64,000 nucleotides of DNA from Vampirovibrionaceae bacterium NZW_1234. Its GTDB lineage: Bacteria > Cyanobacteriota > Vampirovibrionia > Vampirovibrionales > JAGQHJ01. The notes under the pieces are model-generated. The model saw nothing but the letters and a program-made list of their open reading frames with translations, did not search any database and had not been told where the DNA came from. Of the stretch, positions 31,898-41,162 are shown piece by piece. Position 1 is the first letter of the stretch. Each line of letters begins with the position of its first letter. Where the stretch lies: NCBI GenBank assembly GCA_041697335.1, contig JBGUGD010000025.1, forward strand, positions 1-64,000, written 5' to 3'. A program made the translations under genes and the position numbers.

Positions 31898-31927
31898 AAG
31901 AAAAAACCCCGACAGATGTCGAGGGTT
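31898..31927 (-). terminator. Rho-independent terminator (minus strand)
   Basis: Minus strand AACCCTCGACA-TC-TGTCGGGGTT followed by a U-tract. Confidence 0.75.
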
Positions 31928-32276
31928 GCTGGCTCTAAGTTGATATGGATGCCCGTTTGGGGCGTCCAATCAGCTGTGATTCATGATGATAAAAGGGACA
32001 TGATTTGAAGGACGTACTGTAGGCTAAGTAGGAGTAAAGGAAAAGGAAAATGGAATTAGAAAGAAGAAGGGAAAAGGAAATCTGTAAAAAGAAGGGAGGG
32101 GGGAAGGATGATGCTGGGTGAGGTGGACATTGTAGGCGATATGTCTGTCTTCTCTGGTTTCTTTTGGATCTCCTGACATTCAATGCCTCTTCGTAATGAA
32201 TCCGCTTTGGTTCTCTCTCCCGAGAAGCTCTCTCCAATGTGACTTTGTGGTGTTGGTGTGGGGTGTGTCCCTCACA
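31901..32276 (-). ncRNA. Candidate sigma28-dependent sRNA (or small-peptide mRNA)
   Basis: Bounded by a sigma28-like promoter and its own terminator; long pyrimidine tract; no convincing ORF. Confidence 0.45.
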
Positions 32277-32282
32277 TAATGG

Positions 32283-32309
32283 GTTTCGGCAGCTGGGGTA
32301 GAAACTTTA
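32283..32309 (-). promoter_or_regulatory. Sigma28 (FliA)-type promoter
   Basis: Minus strand TAAAGTTT-N11-GCCGAAAC versus consensus TAAAGTTT-N11-GCCGATAA. Confidence 0.7.
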
Positions 32310-32391
32310 CAGGATATACTTGAAAAAGTCGCATATTTTTTGAGGGTAAATCCAAAAATGCAGTAATGGTAATGGTTTTCAGGGCTATAAA

Positions 32392-32411
32392 ATGTAACAT
32401 CCCTGTTACAT
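32392..32411. promoter_or_regulatory. Palindromic operator candidate
   Basis: ATGTAACA-TCCC-TGTTACAT, perfect 8-bp inverted repeat. Confidence 0.45.
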
Positions 32412-32471
32412 AAGGATCTTGAGGGGAGTGCGAGATATAACCAAGATATCCGGATAAGCCGTTCTCACGAC

Positions 32472-32501
32472 AAAAGCCACGGCCGTGAGGACGTGGCTTT
32501 T
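32472..32501 (-). terminator. Terminator downstream of 32525-34129
   Basis: AAAAGCCACG...CGTGGCTTTT hairpin. Confidence 0.7.
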
Positions 32502-32524
32502 AACGTAAATGAATGAAGGAAAAA

Positions 32525-34129
32525 CTAGGCTGAAGCTTGAGGCTGGGGCTCAAGAGCCTTTTTAAATGCCGAAATCTCAGTATCATCGGCATTGGTTCCA
32601 AAGTTCAGCTCAGCAGCAGGCAGGGCTTTGGCAATCGCTTCCATCGTCGCCACCTTCAGGCGGGTCGGTTGAAGGCCGGGCTCCGGCAGATCCTTCCGGG
32701 TGAGCACATGATCGATTGGTTTGCCCTGTTCAAAGTCATCAATGTCGGCTTGTGTGGCCAGCTTCAAGAATTGCTGGATGCGCAGGGCCACTGCATAGTC
32801 GACGCAATCCTGAAGATCAGTTGCATTTTTGCCTTTCAGGGCTTGCCCTTTTTCTTCCAGATAGGTTTGAAGTTCCTCGGCCTGTAAAATGCCATCATTT
32901 CTGCCGGTTTTATCGGTGGCTTTGGCCACGTTGCCATAGAGTTCCGGAGTGGCCCGCAGGCTAACCCGCTTTGTGGTAGCCGGTAAATCCTGGGGCAGCT
33001 GAATCTGGGCAAACGATTTGGTCGGACCGGGGGCTTCCGATGCTGCGGAATTCAGCGTGACGTCGGAGGAATTAATGGAAAAAACCTGGCTGGCATCGCC
33101 GGAGGTGGGTAAGCCAATCAACACCGGTTCTGTGGGGCCGGTGGCACTGGTGCTTTCAATAATAATGGTATTGCCATTTTGCTGGATTACAGGGGCTTGT
33201 GCGAAAGCGGCAAGAAGGGATTGGCCATCATTATGGAGCGAAGGCGCATCGGTTTGGATCGTGGATGCCGTTCCGCCGCCAATCTGACTGGTAATGTGGA
33301 AGGTGCCATTGGGGCCTGTTACGCTGGGTGCGCCAACGAAGACCACATTGTTGCCGCCTTGCTCCGCAGCCGGTCCCGACGCTCCGGATACTCCGCTATT
33401 GCCATTATTGCCGGCGTCGTCCTTCGGGCCGGTAGTACCTGTGGCTTTACCTTTGCCCTGTTGTTTTTCACAATGCGGTAATTCGTGATTCAGAATCAAA
33501 TCCAGGAATACACTGCCCAATTCGTCGTCATAGGAGCCGTCCTGGGCCAGATTGATAATCAATTCCTCCAAATCGGGTTTCTTAAACTCCTGGCCCGGAT
33601 ACTTCAACACGAAGTTATCGTTCTTTTTCGACTCTTCGTCGATATGAATAATCAATTCCAGGGCCGCAGCGGCGGCTTTTTTCAACGTCGCACTATCGAG
33701 TTTTTTGTCTTTGTCAAACTGTTTCAGCTTTTGCTCCAGCTTGACTTGGGTAAAATCATACTCGTCACCTTCCGGCGAGGTGAACCGATAGCTTCGCTCT
33801 GCTTCAGCGCTGGGCTTGCCCTTGGCCTTCTCTGTGCCTTTGGCGCCTTTGGCATTGGCTTTCTTGTCGTCTTCTCCGCTGCCACCAAACAGGCTCATAA
33901 TCCAACGGAAGGGTGCGGTAATCATGGACCATAATTTTGTCAGAAACGTTTCTTCTTCTTTTTTCTTGCCTTTGCCTTTGGATGCCGGGGTTTCGGTTTC
34001 CGAACCAAAGCGTGGCGCTATGACATCGCGGGCCTGGGCCATCCGGAGACCACCCGGTACGGATGATGCGGTGCGCTTAAAATTTCCGGAAACGATGTTG
34101 GTATTGGCAAAACCAGTTCTCAGGTCCAT
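32525..34129 (-). CDS. Hypothetical protein with RFG leader, paralog of 34284-35024
   Basis: MDLRTGF...RFGSE...PFRW...LIINLA shared with neighbour. Confidence 0.8.
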   Translation of the reverse strand: MDLRTGFANTNIVSGNFKRTASSVPGGLRMAQARDVIAPRFGSETETPASKGKGKKKEEETFLTKLWSMITAPFRWIMSLFGGSGEDDKKANAKGAKGTEKAKGKPSAEAERSYRFTSPEGDEYDFTQVKLEQKLKQFDKDKKLDSATLKKAAAAALELIIHIDEESKKNDNFVLKYPGQEFKKPDLEELIINLAQDGSYDDELGSVFLDLILNHELPHCEKQQGKGKATGTTGPKDDAGNNGNSGVSGASGPAAEQGGNNVVFVGAPSVTGPNGTFHITSQIGGGTASTIQTDAPSLHNDGQSLLAAFAQAPVIQQNGNTIIIESTSATGPTEPVLIGLPTSGDASQVFSINSSDVTLNSAASEAPGPTKSFAQIQLPQDLPATTKRVSLRATPELYGNVAKATDKTGRNDGILQAEELQTYLEEKGQALKGKNATDLQDCVDYAVALRIQQFLKLATQADIDDFEQGKPIDHVLTRKDLPEPGLQPTRLKVATMEAIAKALPAAELNFGTNADDTEISAFKKALEPQPQASA

Positions 34130-34283
34130 GACGTAATCCTTTTCTATCTCTCACGTGTTGGGTCGGTAGTGCTAAAAAATCCCTCAAGATTAAAAGTTGC
34201 TAGGTTTTGGAACAATTGCGAAGAATTTTACGAATCTCCCTTCAGCCAGAGGCTTCTGAGCTTTCGAAAACGAAAAACGCCGA

Positions 34284-35024
34284 CTATTCGTCAGCGCTTT
34301 TCGAGTCATCAACGTCCAGTTCCAGCGATTTCTGGTATGGAATTTCGTCTTTGATGAGGATGTCCAGAAATTCCAGGACTTTCGCCTTATCGCGTTTTGC
34401 CTCAGGTCGTGCCAAATTAATAATGAGCCCATTCAGCAGTTTGGTGGGCTTGGTCTTTTCAGCGCCGAAATTCACCACCTCTTTGCCCTGTTTAAGGGCA
34501 TCACTTGTCCCTTGTATCAGGCCCAGCGCATAATTGGCTGCTTCGGTAAAGACCTTTTTGCCGTTGGCTTCCCGGAATTTCTCTCGCTCGGCCCGATTGC
34601 CGACAGCCTGCATGAAGATTTTCCGGACCTGATCAAAATGAAACACCAGCGAGCGCTTTTTCCGGGTAATATACGTGGCTGGCGGATTTTCTTCTTCAAC
34701 GGTGATGTCCGTTTTCTTGGCTTTTTTGGCGCCTGCAGCCCCCTCGGCTTTTCCGAAGAAGGCGTCTTTTAGCTTGGCAAGCCAACGGAAGGGGGTGGCC
34801 AGGTAGTACAGAAGCGTTGCAAAAAAGCCCCGGGGCTTATCTTCGGCAGGCGTCGCGTCCTTCGATGTCTTTTTGGAGGGGGCGGCCTTGTCGGTTTTTT
34901 TCTCCGAGCCAAAGCGAATGTCACTCACATCTTGGGCATTGGCCGTTCTCAGAACCGGCCCGGCTTTCTGTTGTGGGGCAACACCACCGGAAAATGCAGG
35001 GTTAAATCCAGTTCTCAAATCCAT
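34284..35024 (-). CDS. Hypothetical protein with RFG leader, paralog of 32525-34129
   Basis: MDLRTGF...RFGSE...PFRW...LIINLA...FLDIL. Confidence 0.8.
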   Translation of the reverse strand: MDLRTGFNPAFSGGVAPQQKAGPVLRTANAQDVSDIRFGSEKKTDKAAPSKKTSKDATPAEDKPRGFFATLLYYLATPFRWLAKLKDAFFGKAEGAAGAKKAKKTDITVEEENPPATYITRKKRSLVFHFDQVRKIFMQAVGNRAEREKFREANGKKVFTEAANYALGLIQGTSDALKQGKEVVNFGAEKTKPTKLLNGLIINLARPEAKRDKAKVLEFLDILIKDEIPYQKSLELDVDDSKSADE

Positions 35025-35408
35025 AGGTCTTCCTTCGGTTGAGGTCTTTTGGGGGTGAAGTACTTGTAAAACACCCCTGAACCCAATTAATTGATAGTCA
35101 TGTAATGTTTTGTAAAGTTCAATCCATGCCGACGTGGTGATCCAGGGGCATGGCTCTTTATGTTTTCTGCCAGGCCCGGGCCTGTGGGCAACCCAATAGG
35201 CCGCATGCTGTCTTGGCGTCCGAGGATAACAACCTCACCCAAAACGCAATGGGGGTATCAATGCCTGTCAGATAGCGCTTTTATGCCAAATTCTAGCGGC
35301 TCGCGCAATTTTTCAGAGGGTGCTGTTTTCATTGAGCTACCTCGTTATAGGACTTGAGATGCCACTGACCGCACGTCGGGCATGGCCATGAATTAAGGAG
35401 CTTGGTGT

Positions 35409-35879
35409 ATGAGTTTGGATCCGGTACGCTTTGGAAGCCGAATTTTGTATGTCCCCGTGACGGATGGTTCTGGGGGAAAAGAAAAAGGGGGCGGCTCCGC
35501 AGCCGGTATTCCCAGAGCCGTATTGAACGATGTCTTGAGTAGTGCCAGCAACCATAACCGGGTGGCGGTTCAAGCCCAATGGCTCAAACATGCCGGTCAT
35601 GTGCAGGGCCACACTGCTTACATGTCGCCGTCTGCCAAGCCAGAGGGAGCGCCTCATGGCATTCGCCAGGATTATGTTCAACTCACCCTCACCTCCAAGA
35701 ACAAGTTGACAGGAGGCCAGCATCCCCACACCTTGCCCTCCACCCCGGACGAGGAAGCCCTGGAAGAGCATTTGTTAAAACTATTCCGCCGCTTCGGGCT
35801 CAACACGTCACCGGCCCCCAGTACCACCCTGGTGGCTGCAGCCCTGCTCCCCGGGACCAAGGTGAATGTGAAAGCCTAG
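35409..35879 (+). CDS. Hypothetical protein with RFG leader
   Basis: AAGGAG RBS; MSLDPVRFGS. Confidence 0.65.
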   Translation: MSLDPVRFGSRILYVPVTDGSGGKEKGGGSAAGIPRAVLNDVLSSASNHNRVAVQAQWLKHAGHVQGHTAYMSPSAKPEGAPHGIRQDYVQLTLTSKNKLTGGQHPHTLPSTPDEEALEEHLLKLFRRFGLNTSPAPSTTLVAAALLPGTKVNVKA

Positions 35880-35978
35880 ACAAATTCCCGTTTTGTTTTT
35901 CTCCCAACCAAAACAAACCAGACATCGTGTTGCAGGCTCGGCGACACGGTGTTTTGGTTTTTGGGCAAACTGGGTCGT

Positions 35979-37232
35979 CTAGACGTTCACGGTCCCCCTG
36001 TTCCGAGATTGAAACGGGTTGTCCTGACCCGAGGCGGGGTTCTTGGCGATGAAACTTCCCCCGAAACAGGTATCCAGGATCATCAGGGTCCGATTGTCGA
36101 AATTCTTGAAATGCGTGCCAATCAAGTCTTTCAGGCTGTGCTCATGAAGCATCTGATCCTTTGTTTTATCGGTCGGATGCGCCAACTGCAATGTGCCGCG
36201 ATGCATGCCTTCCGGGTCATCCCGATCCACGGCGTTATAGGATTTTGATCGTGAGACGGCATCCGTGGCATTGGGATTCTTCAGAGTCTCGTTCTTGGGA
36301 TCCAGAAACCCATGCCCGGAATAATAAATCATGGCCGCCGGGTTCTGGGCTGCATTGGTCTTGCCGAATTGTTCCATCTTGGCCATGGCCGCTTTCACTT
36401 CATCCGGGTTGGTTGCCACATGGATGTCGCTTTCCTTGAGGCCGTAATCTTTTATAAGTCGTTCTTTCATGGCGGCCAGATCCGTATCGGCGGCTTTATG
36501 CCCACTGCCTTTGATGAGTAAGGCGGTTTTCGGATTCTTATCGCTTTTTTTCCAGCCGTCGATTCCTTGATACTCCGAACTCACGGGCAGGGGTTTACGA
36601 GAGCCACCCTCGCCGCCGACTTTACTGCTGGCCTCGTCCAGACGCTTTTGGGCCGGTGCCGTGATGGCATCGCGTTTTTTCGACCAGTTGTCCCGCAGGT
36701 CCTGTTCCGGTTTGATGTCCAGCGCCTGCATCTCTTTCACCTGGGCAATCTGCCGATCCAGCTCGGCAACATCCTTAAGCCGCTTATCCTTTTCGGCTTC
36801 GGCCCGCCGTTGTTGCAACGATTTCAGCGACGGGGCATATTTTTCGGAGGTTTTGTCAATCTTCCTTTCAGCCTCATGAACCCCGGCATCGGCCTCTTTG
36901 TAGGCAGGTGTCCGCTTTACATTGTTGAGGGCTCTGCTGGCTTCGCGCTCTTGGTGGTTGTTATTCCAGGTTTCCTGCTCAAACCGATCATGGGCTTGTT
37001 GAAAGGAATCGCTCTCATTCAAGCCTTTTAAGAGTTGCTCCGTATAAAACCCGCCTTTATAGGGTGCTTTGGAGTTTAAATACCGGCTGTCGTAAGTTTC
37101 CTGTCCCTGGCGACCTGCGGAAAGAACAGCCATCCGAATGGGATAGGGTTTGTCCGGATCAGTGGTCGCACGCGTGTATCCCGAAGGTGCTTTCGCACGT
37201 TTCACATCTGACATAGCCTTGTCTCTCATCAT
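35979..37232 (-). CDS. Caspase-family (C14) protease, circularly permuted
   Basis: YYSGHG and LDTCFGG dyad near C-terminus; p10-like VLSAGRQGQETYD...GGFYTEQLLKGL at N-terminus. Confidence 0.8.
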   Translation of the reverse strand: MMRDKAMSDVKRAKAPSGYTRATTDPDKPYPIRMAVLSAGRQGQETYDSRYLNSKAPYKGGFYTEQLLKGLNESDSFQQAHDRFEQETWNNNHQEREASRALNNVKRTPAYKEADAGVHEAERKIDKTSEKYAPSLKSLQQRRAEAEKDKRLKDVAELDRQIAQVKEMQALDIKPEQDLRDNWSKKRDAITAPAQKRLDEASSKVGGEGGSRKPLPVSSEYQGIDGWKKSDKNPKTALLIKGSGHKAADTDLAAMKERLIKDYGLKESDIHVATNPDEVKAAMAKMEQFGKTNAAQNPAAMIYYSGHGFLDPKNETLKNPNATDAVSRSKSYNAVDRDDPEGMHRGTLQLAHPTDKTKDQMLHEHSLKDLIGTHFKNFDNRTLMILDTCFGGSFIAKNPASGQDNPFQSRNRGTVNV

Positions 37233-37378
37233 TAATAAATGATGTCTATATTAAAACGGGCTTTGAGATAGTGATGCCGAAAGAAATTCTTAGGAATGGG
37301 GCCGGCCCGTGACGGGTACAATGTTGGCTCCCTGCACCTGCCCTCTCGGCCTGTGACAGGTGAATTGGGCTGTTGTCC

Positions 37379-38074
37379 CTAGTATTTCAGCCAAAGCGGA
37401 TCCCATTCCGGACGAGGGGTCCATACCGGACCATTGTACTGGTGAATGTATTGTCCCCCCCAGAAACCGTCGGTATCGGTGCGGGCATTGCGTTGGCTGG
37501 TGACTTGGCCGTTATGATACAGGTGAATCTGGACCCCCTTGCTTCGGCCATTCGCCCGAGCGGCATCCTTGGCCTTGCCGTCGGGATCGAGGACAACGAA
37601 CACCATATTCTTCGGCTTGGTGCCCCCGAACTTGTTGTCGACCCAATAAAACAAGACACCGCCATTGTAGAGCTTAACGCATTTGCCAGGGACCCCATTA
37701 AAGGTGGTTGAGCCATTGCACGAGAGCGTTTTGTATTGCGGCTGGACATCCGCCCCGGCCCGATTATCGATGACCGAGGTGGTATCCGGCCCCAAGGTGT
37801 TCATGTACTTGAGAATATCGTCCATGGTGGTATCGGCCGTGGGCTTGTGATGATTGCAATACTCCTCATAGGTCTGGCTCAGACTGGTGATGAACTCCCG
37901 GTAAACCGCCAGGCTACGGCCGCTCTGGCTGGATTCCATGACCTTGGGGATGGCAAACATGGCAACGATGCCGAGAATTCCAACGGCCATCAGCAGTTCC
38001 GTGAGAGTAAATCCGGGTCGGGAGGTCCTTTTACGGCGAGAAACAGAGCGAGAAAAAGAGAAAAGGGGTGTCAT
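37379..38074 (-). CDS. Type IV pilin/pseudopilin-like protein
   Basis: Prepilin site G|FTLTELLMAVGILGIVAMFAIP; start MTPLF inferred. Confidence 0.85.
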   Translation of the reverse strand: MTPLFSFSRSVSRRKRTSRPGFTLTELLMAVGILGIVAMFAIPKVMESSQSGRSLAVYREFITSLSQTYEEYCNHHKPTADTTMDDILKYMNTLGPDTTSVIDNRAGADVQPQYKTLSCNGSTTFNGVPGKCVKLYNGGVLFYWVDNKFGGTKPKNMVFVVLDPDGKAKDAARANGRSKGVQIHLYHNGQVTSQRNARTDTDGFWGGQYIHQYNGPVWTPRPEWDPLWLKY

Positions 38075-38516
38075 GACCAAAGGTGTCTCCAAGGCGGGTT
38101 TCGTCCTGTCGTCATGCTTTCGGTTGGTGTTTCCGGAATCTTGATAATCTGCGAAGAACCTCCTCCAGATGCCTTGGATGACACCAAGGCAAAAAAAAAC
38201 CGTACCTTTTGGGATACGGCTACTACTTTCATTGGAAAACAAGAAAGGAGGAAGGAAAGAAGAAGAAGATTTGTATAACCACCTTCTTATACTTTAACTA
38301 TTCCCACCCCCAATATCCTCTAAACGGATTGTTTCAATAACGTTACAATCGGATCCGAAATTCCCGTGGGGGCGCATTTTGGTCTGGAGTTACTCCTTGA
38401 ATGTCACCCCGGCCTATGGGATACTTTTGCCGGGATCGGTTTCTGCAAGGCGACCCTGCCCCCGGAAATCCGATTCATCCCTGTTTAGGCTTTAAACACA
38501 TGAAGGAAGGGCGAGA

Positions 38517-39791
38517 ATGGCCGTGGAACAAGCAACAAAGAACGACATTAAAGCGCTGTATTCCGAAAGCATTCGGGATATGGAAACCTATATTATGTTT
38601 CGGATTGCCAAGCGGGTTGCCGAGCTGACCCCGGAATTGACCGCCAAAGGCCGTGCGCCCATCCGACTGAGCATGGGTGCCCCGGTGGTCGATCCGCCAA
38701 AGGTTCTCATCGACTACCTGAAGTCCGCCTTGGACGAACCCGGCATGTCCACCTACTCCACCCCCAAGGGTGAAATGTTCTACCTCAACGCCGTAGCTGA
38801 GCGGATGAAGCGTCGCTTCGGGGTCGAGATCGATCCCAAGACCGAAGCCTGCTCGTTGATTGGTTCTAAAGAAGGTCTGGCCAACATCTTTCGGGCCATC
38901 ATCTCCTACCGCACCAATCCGGCGGAACAGGATGTGGTGATGGTGCCGGATCCCGGCTATGCCTCCTACGTGGACGCCATCAAGATCTGTGGCGGCTACC
39001 CGTACGCCATGCGTCTGGCTCCCGAAAACCAATACAAACCCGACTTTGAAACCTTGTTAGAGGACATGAAAGCCCAGGGCATCACCCCGGATCGCATCAA
39101 GGGCCTCATCCTCAACTACCCCAGCAACCCCATCGGGGCACTGGCCGGCATGGACTATTACCAAAAGGCCGTGGATTTCTGCCGCAAGTACAATATCCTG
39201 CTCATTAACGACATTGCCTACGCCGATGTCTATTTCCCCGGAGAAGAACCGCCCCACAGCATTCTGGAAATCCCGGGAGCCAAGGACATTACCATCGAGT
39301 TTCACAGCTTGAGCAAACCTTATGCCACCACCGGCTGGCGCCTGGGCTTTGCCGTCGGTCACCGCGATGCCATTGACGCCCTGGAACGGGTTAAAGGCAC
39401 CCTGGACAGCGGCTTGTTCAAGGCCATGCAAAAGGCCGGGGCCTTTATGATGAACAGCCCCGAGTGCGAGGTCTTCGTTCATGAGCAAAACCGTCAATAC
39501 CAGCGCAACCAGGAAGAAATGCTGGCCGGGCTGAAAACCCTGGGCTGGCCCGTCGAGGAAATGGCGCCCCCGAAAGCTACGTTCTACCTGTGGATGCCCA
39601 TTCCGCCCCGGTACAAAACCGCCACCGAGTTCTGCAACGAACTGATGGAAAAATCCGGTGTCGTGGCAGTTCCCGGAACCGCCTTCGGGCAATACGGCGA
39701 AGGGTTCTTCCGGATGTCCCTGGTGGACACCCCGGACAACCTCAAGCAGGTCATCAGCCGGATGAAAGAAGACGGGTTCACCTTTAACTAG
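38517..39791 (+). CDS. Class I/II aminotransferase, probably LL-diaminopimelate aminotransferase
   Basis: IGSKEGL, LNYPSNP, DIAY, EFHSLSKPYATTGWRLG. Confidence 0.88.
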   Translation: MAVEQATKNDIKALYSESIRDMETYIMFRIAKRVAELTPELTAKGRAPIRLSMGAPVVDPPKVLIDYLKSALDEPGMSTYSTPKGEMFYLNAVAERMKRRFGVEIDPKTEACSLIGSKEGLANIFRAIISYRTNPAEQDVVMVPDPGYASYVDAIKICGGYPYAMRLAPENQYKPDFETLLEDMKAQGITPDRIKGLILNYPSNPIGALAGMDYYQKAVDFCRKYNILLINDIAYADVYFPGEEPPHSILEIPGAKDITIEFHSLSKPYATTGWRLGFAVGHRDAIDALERVKGTLDSGLFKAMQKAGAFMMNSPECEVFVHEQNRQYQRNQEEMLAGLKTLGWPVEEMAPPKATFYLWMPIPPRYKTATEFCNELMEKSGVVAVPGTAFGQYGEGFFRMSLVDTPDNLKQVISRMKEDGFTFN

Positions 39792-39813
39792 TCTCGAAAC
39801 CTTTTTAATGACG

Positions 39814-39843
39814 AACCCCCCTTGGCAGTGTCGAGGGGGGTTC
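39814..39843. terminator. Hairpin between convergent genes
   Basis: GAACCCCCCTTGGCA-G-TGTCGAGGGGGGTTC. Confidence 0.6.
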
Positions 39844-39863
39844 GCTTTATAAGAATAATTGCG

Positions 39864-40487
39864 CTACGCCTGCGGGGGATTTCCAAAGAGTTTGTCCAGC
39901 AGGGCCCCAATGGTGGATCCGGCCTTTTGGGCTTGAGCCACTAAATTAACCAGGGTTTGCGGTTTAACGACAATGCCGTCCAGCTTAACGGCTTCCTGGA
40001 TGCCGGAGGTTGCGGAGGCAGGTATTTTGGCGGCGGTCACCCGGCCCAGTTGTTCAGATAAGGCATCAATGTCGGCTTGGGTGGGAAGGCGTAAGACGTC
40101 ATTTCCTTGCAAACTGCCCAGATTGTCGTCATCGATCTTTACAATCCCCAAGGCTCCCAGATACCGGGCGGACTCGTAAAGGTCACTGAATTCCAGCGGC
40201 TTCCGGATCTTCCATTCTTGAGGGCGTAATTCGCTGAAGCTGGGGAGCCGAAAACCAGTTCCCCACCCATTTTCCATCATGCTTTCGGCGAGCCAGATGG
40301 CTGTAATCAGAAGCTTTGCTTTGGTTGTGTTTCGGCTGCCGGATTCCTTTAACAGATACACCGGTTTCAAATCCGGCTGTGTGTCCAGAAGCTCATGAAC
40401 GGGAATCGGTTTTGACGTCGAGCGGGCCGAGCCGAATCGGGCGGGCGCCGGAGGGCTCATTCTCGGGTGGAAGGCAAGTTTCATCAT
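39864..40487 (-). CDS. Putative DNA-binding protein (GntR-like wHTH plus C-terminal RHH-like region) with RFG leader
   Basis: GFRLPSFSEL...LYESARYLGALGIV; C-terminal GIVVKPQTLVNLVAQAQKAGSTIGALLDKLF; start MMKLAF inferred. Confidence 0.6.
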   Translation of the reverse strand: MMKLAFHPRMSPPAPARFGSARSTSKPIPVHELLDTQPDLKPVYLLKESGSRNTTKAKLLITAIWLAESMMENGWGTGFRLPSFSELRPQEWKIRKPLEFSDLYESARYLGALGIVKIDDDNLGSLQGNDVLRLPTQADIDALSEQLGRVTAAKIPASATSGIQEAVKLDGIVVKPQTLVNLVAQAQKAGSTIGALLDKLFGNPPQA

Positions 40488-40935
40488 GGGGTAAGTCCGA
40501 TCCTCATCATCACAATCTAAAGCAGGGGGTCGCGTTGCGACTGTCGTTACGGTATCAAAAAAGGTGGGCCTGATAAATCGCAAGAGTAATAAATCGCAAG
40601 AGTCAACGAGTGTGGAAATGTCCCCCCCAGCTTTGTCAGCAGAAATTGACGGTGATACCCATTTCCTTCGATGGGTAAAACGCCATGAGAGTAGGTAAAA
40701 TTAGCGAAGATCTCCTAAGAAAAAGCTCTAATAGAATAAAATATCTATGTTTATGGCTGAAAATAGTTATAAATAGATGAAAATGTTGCTTTAAACACGT
40801 TTAAGAACGAATAGACATGGGAATAATACCCATAAAGAAGGTCTTTTAAAAAGGTTCCATATGCTTCTCCACTCTCCTCAACCTACATCACTATCAATCC
40901 AGTCCGTCAATATCTGTATTGATTGTATGGATACC

Positions 40936-41162
40936 CACCGTGTGGCCAATTTGGCCACACGGTGCTTTTGGTTGTCGTGTCCGCGGGTGACCGTGGTTCA
41001 AGGATTAGGTAAAACCGAAGATTTATCGGCATGGGACCGTGCGGACAAATTGTCCGCACGGTGGAACCGCCCTCGAATGCTCCCTTCAAGGGCCTTATTG
41101 GATGTGTGTGTGGTGTGAACGTTGCCATCAACGCGCCGTGTGGACACGATGTTCACACGGTG
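40936..41162. repeat. Array of three 29-bp palindromes at 99-bp period
   Basis: Units start at 40936, 41035 and 41134; shared CCGTGYGG...CRCACGGTG frame. Confidence 0.9.

Noticed and set aside
31990..32130. CsrB-like GGA-repeat RNA on the plus strand
   Set aside because: Promoter and terminator both point to the minus strand, and the GGA motifs are not in obvious hairpin loops. Not fully excluded.
32392..32411. NtcA or CRP site
   Set aside because: Spacing is GTA-N10-TAC, not N8, and it does not fit TGTGA-N6-TCACA.
40936..41162. Canonical CRISPR array
   Set aside because: Repeats differ at several positions, spacers are 70 bp, there are only three units and no cas genes in the window. Kept as an unexplained array.
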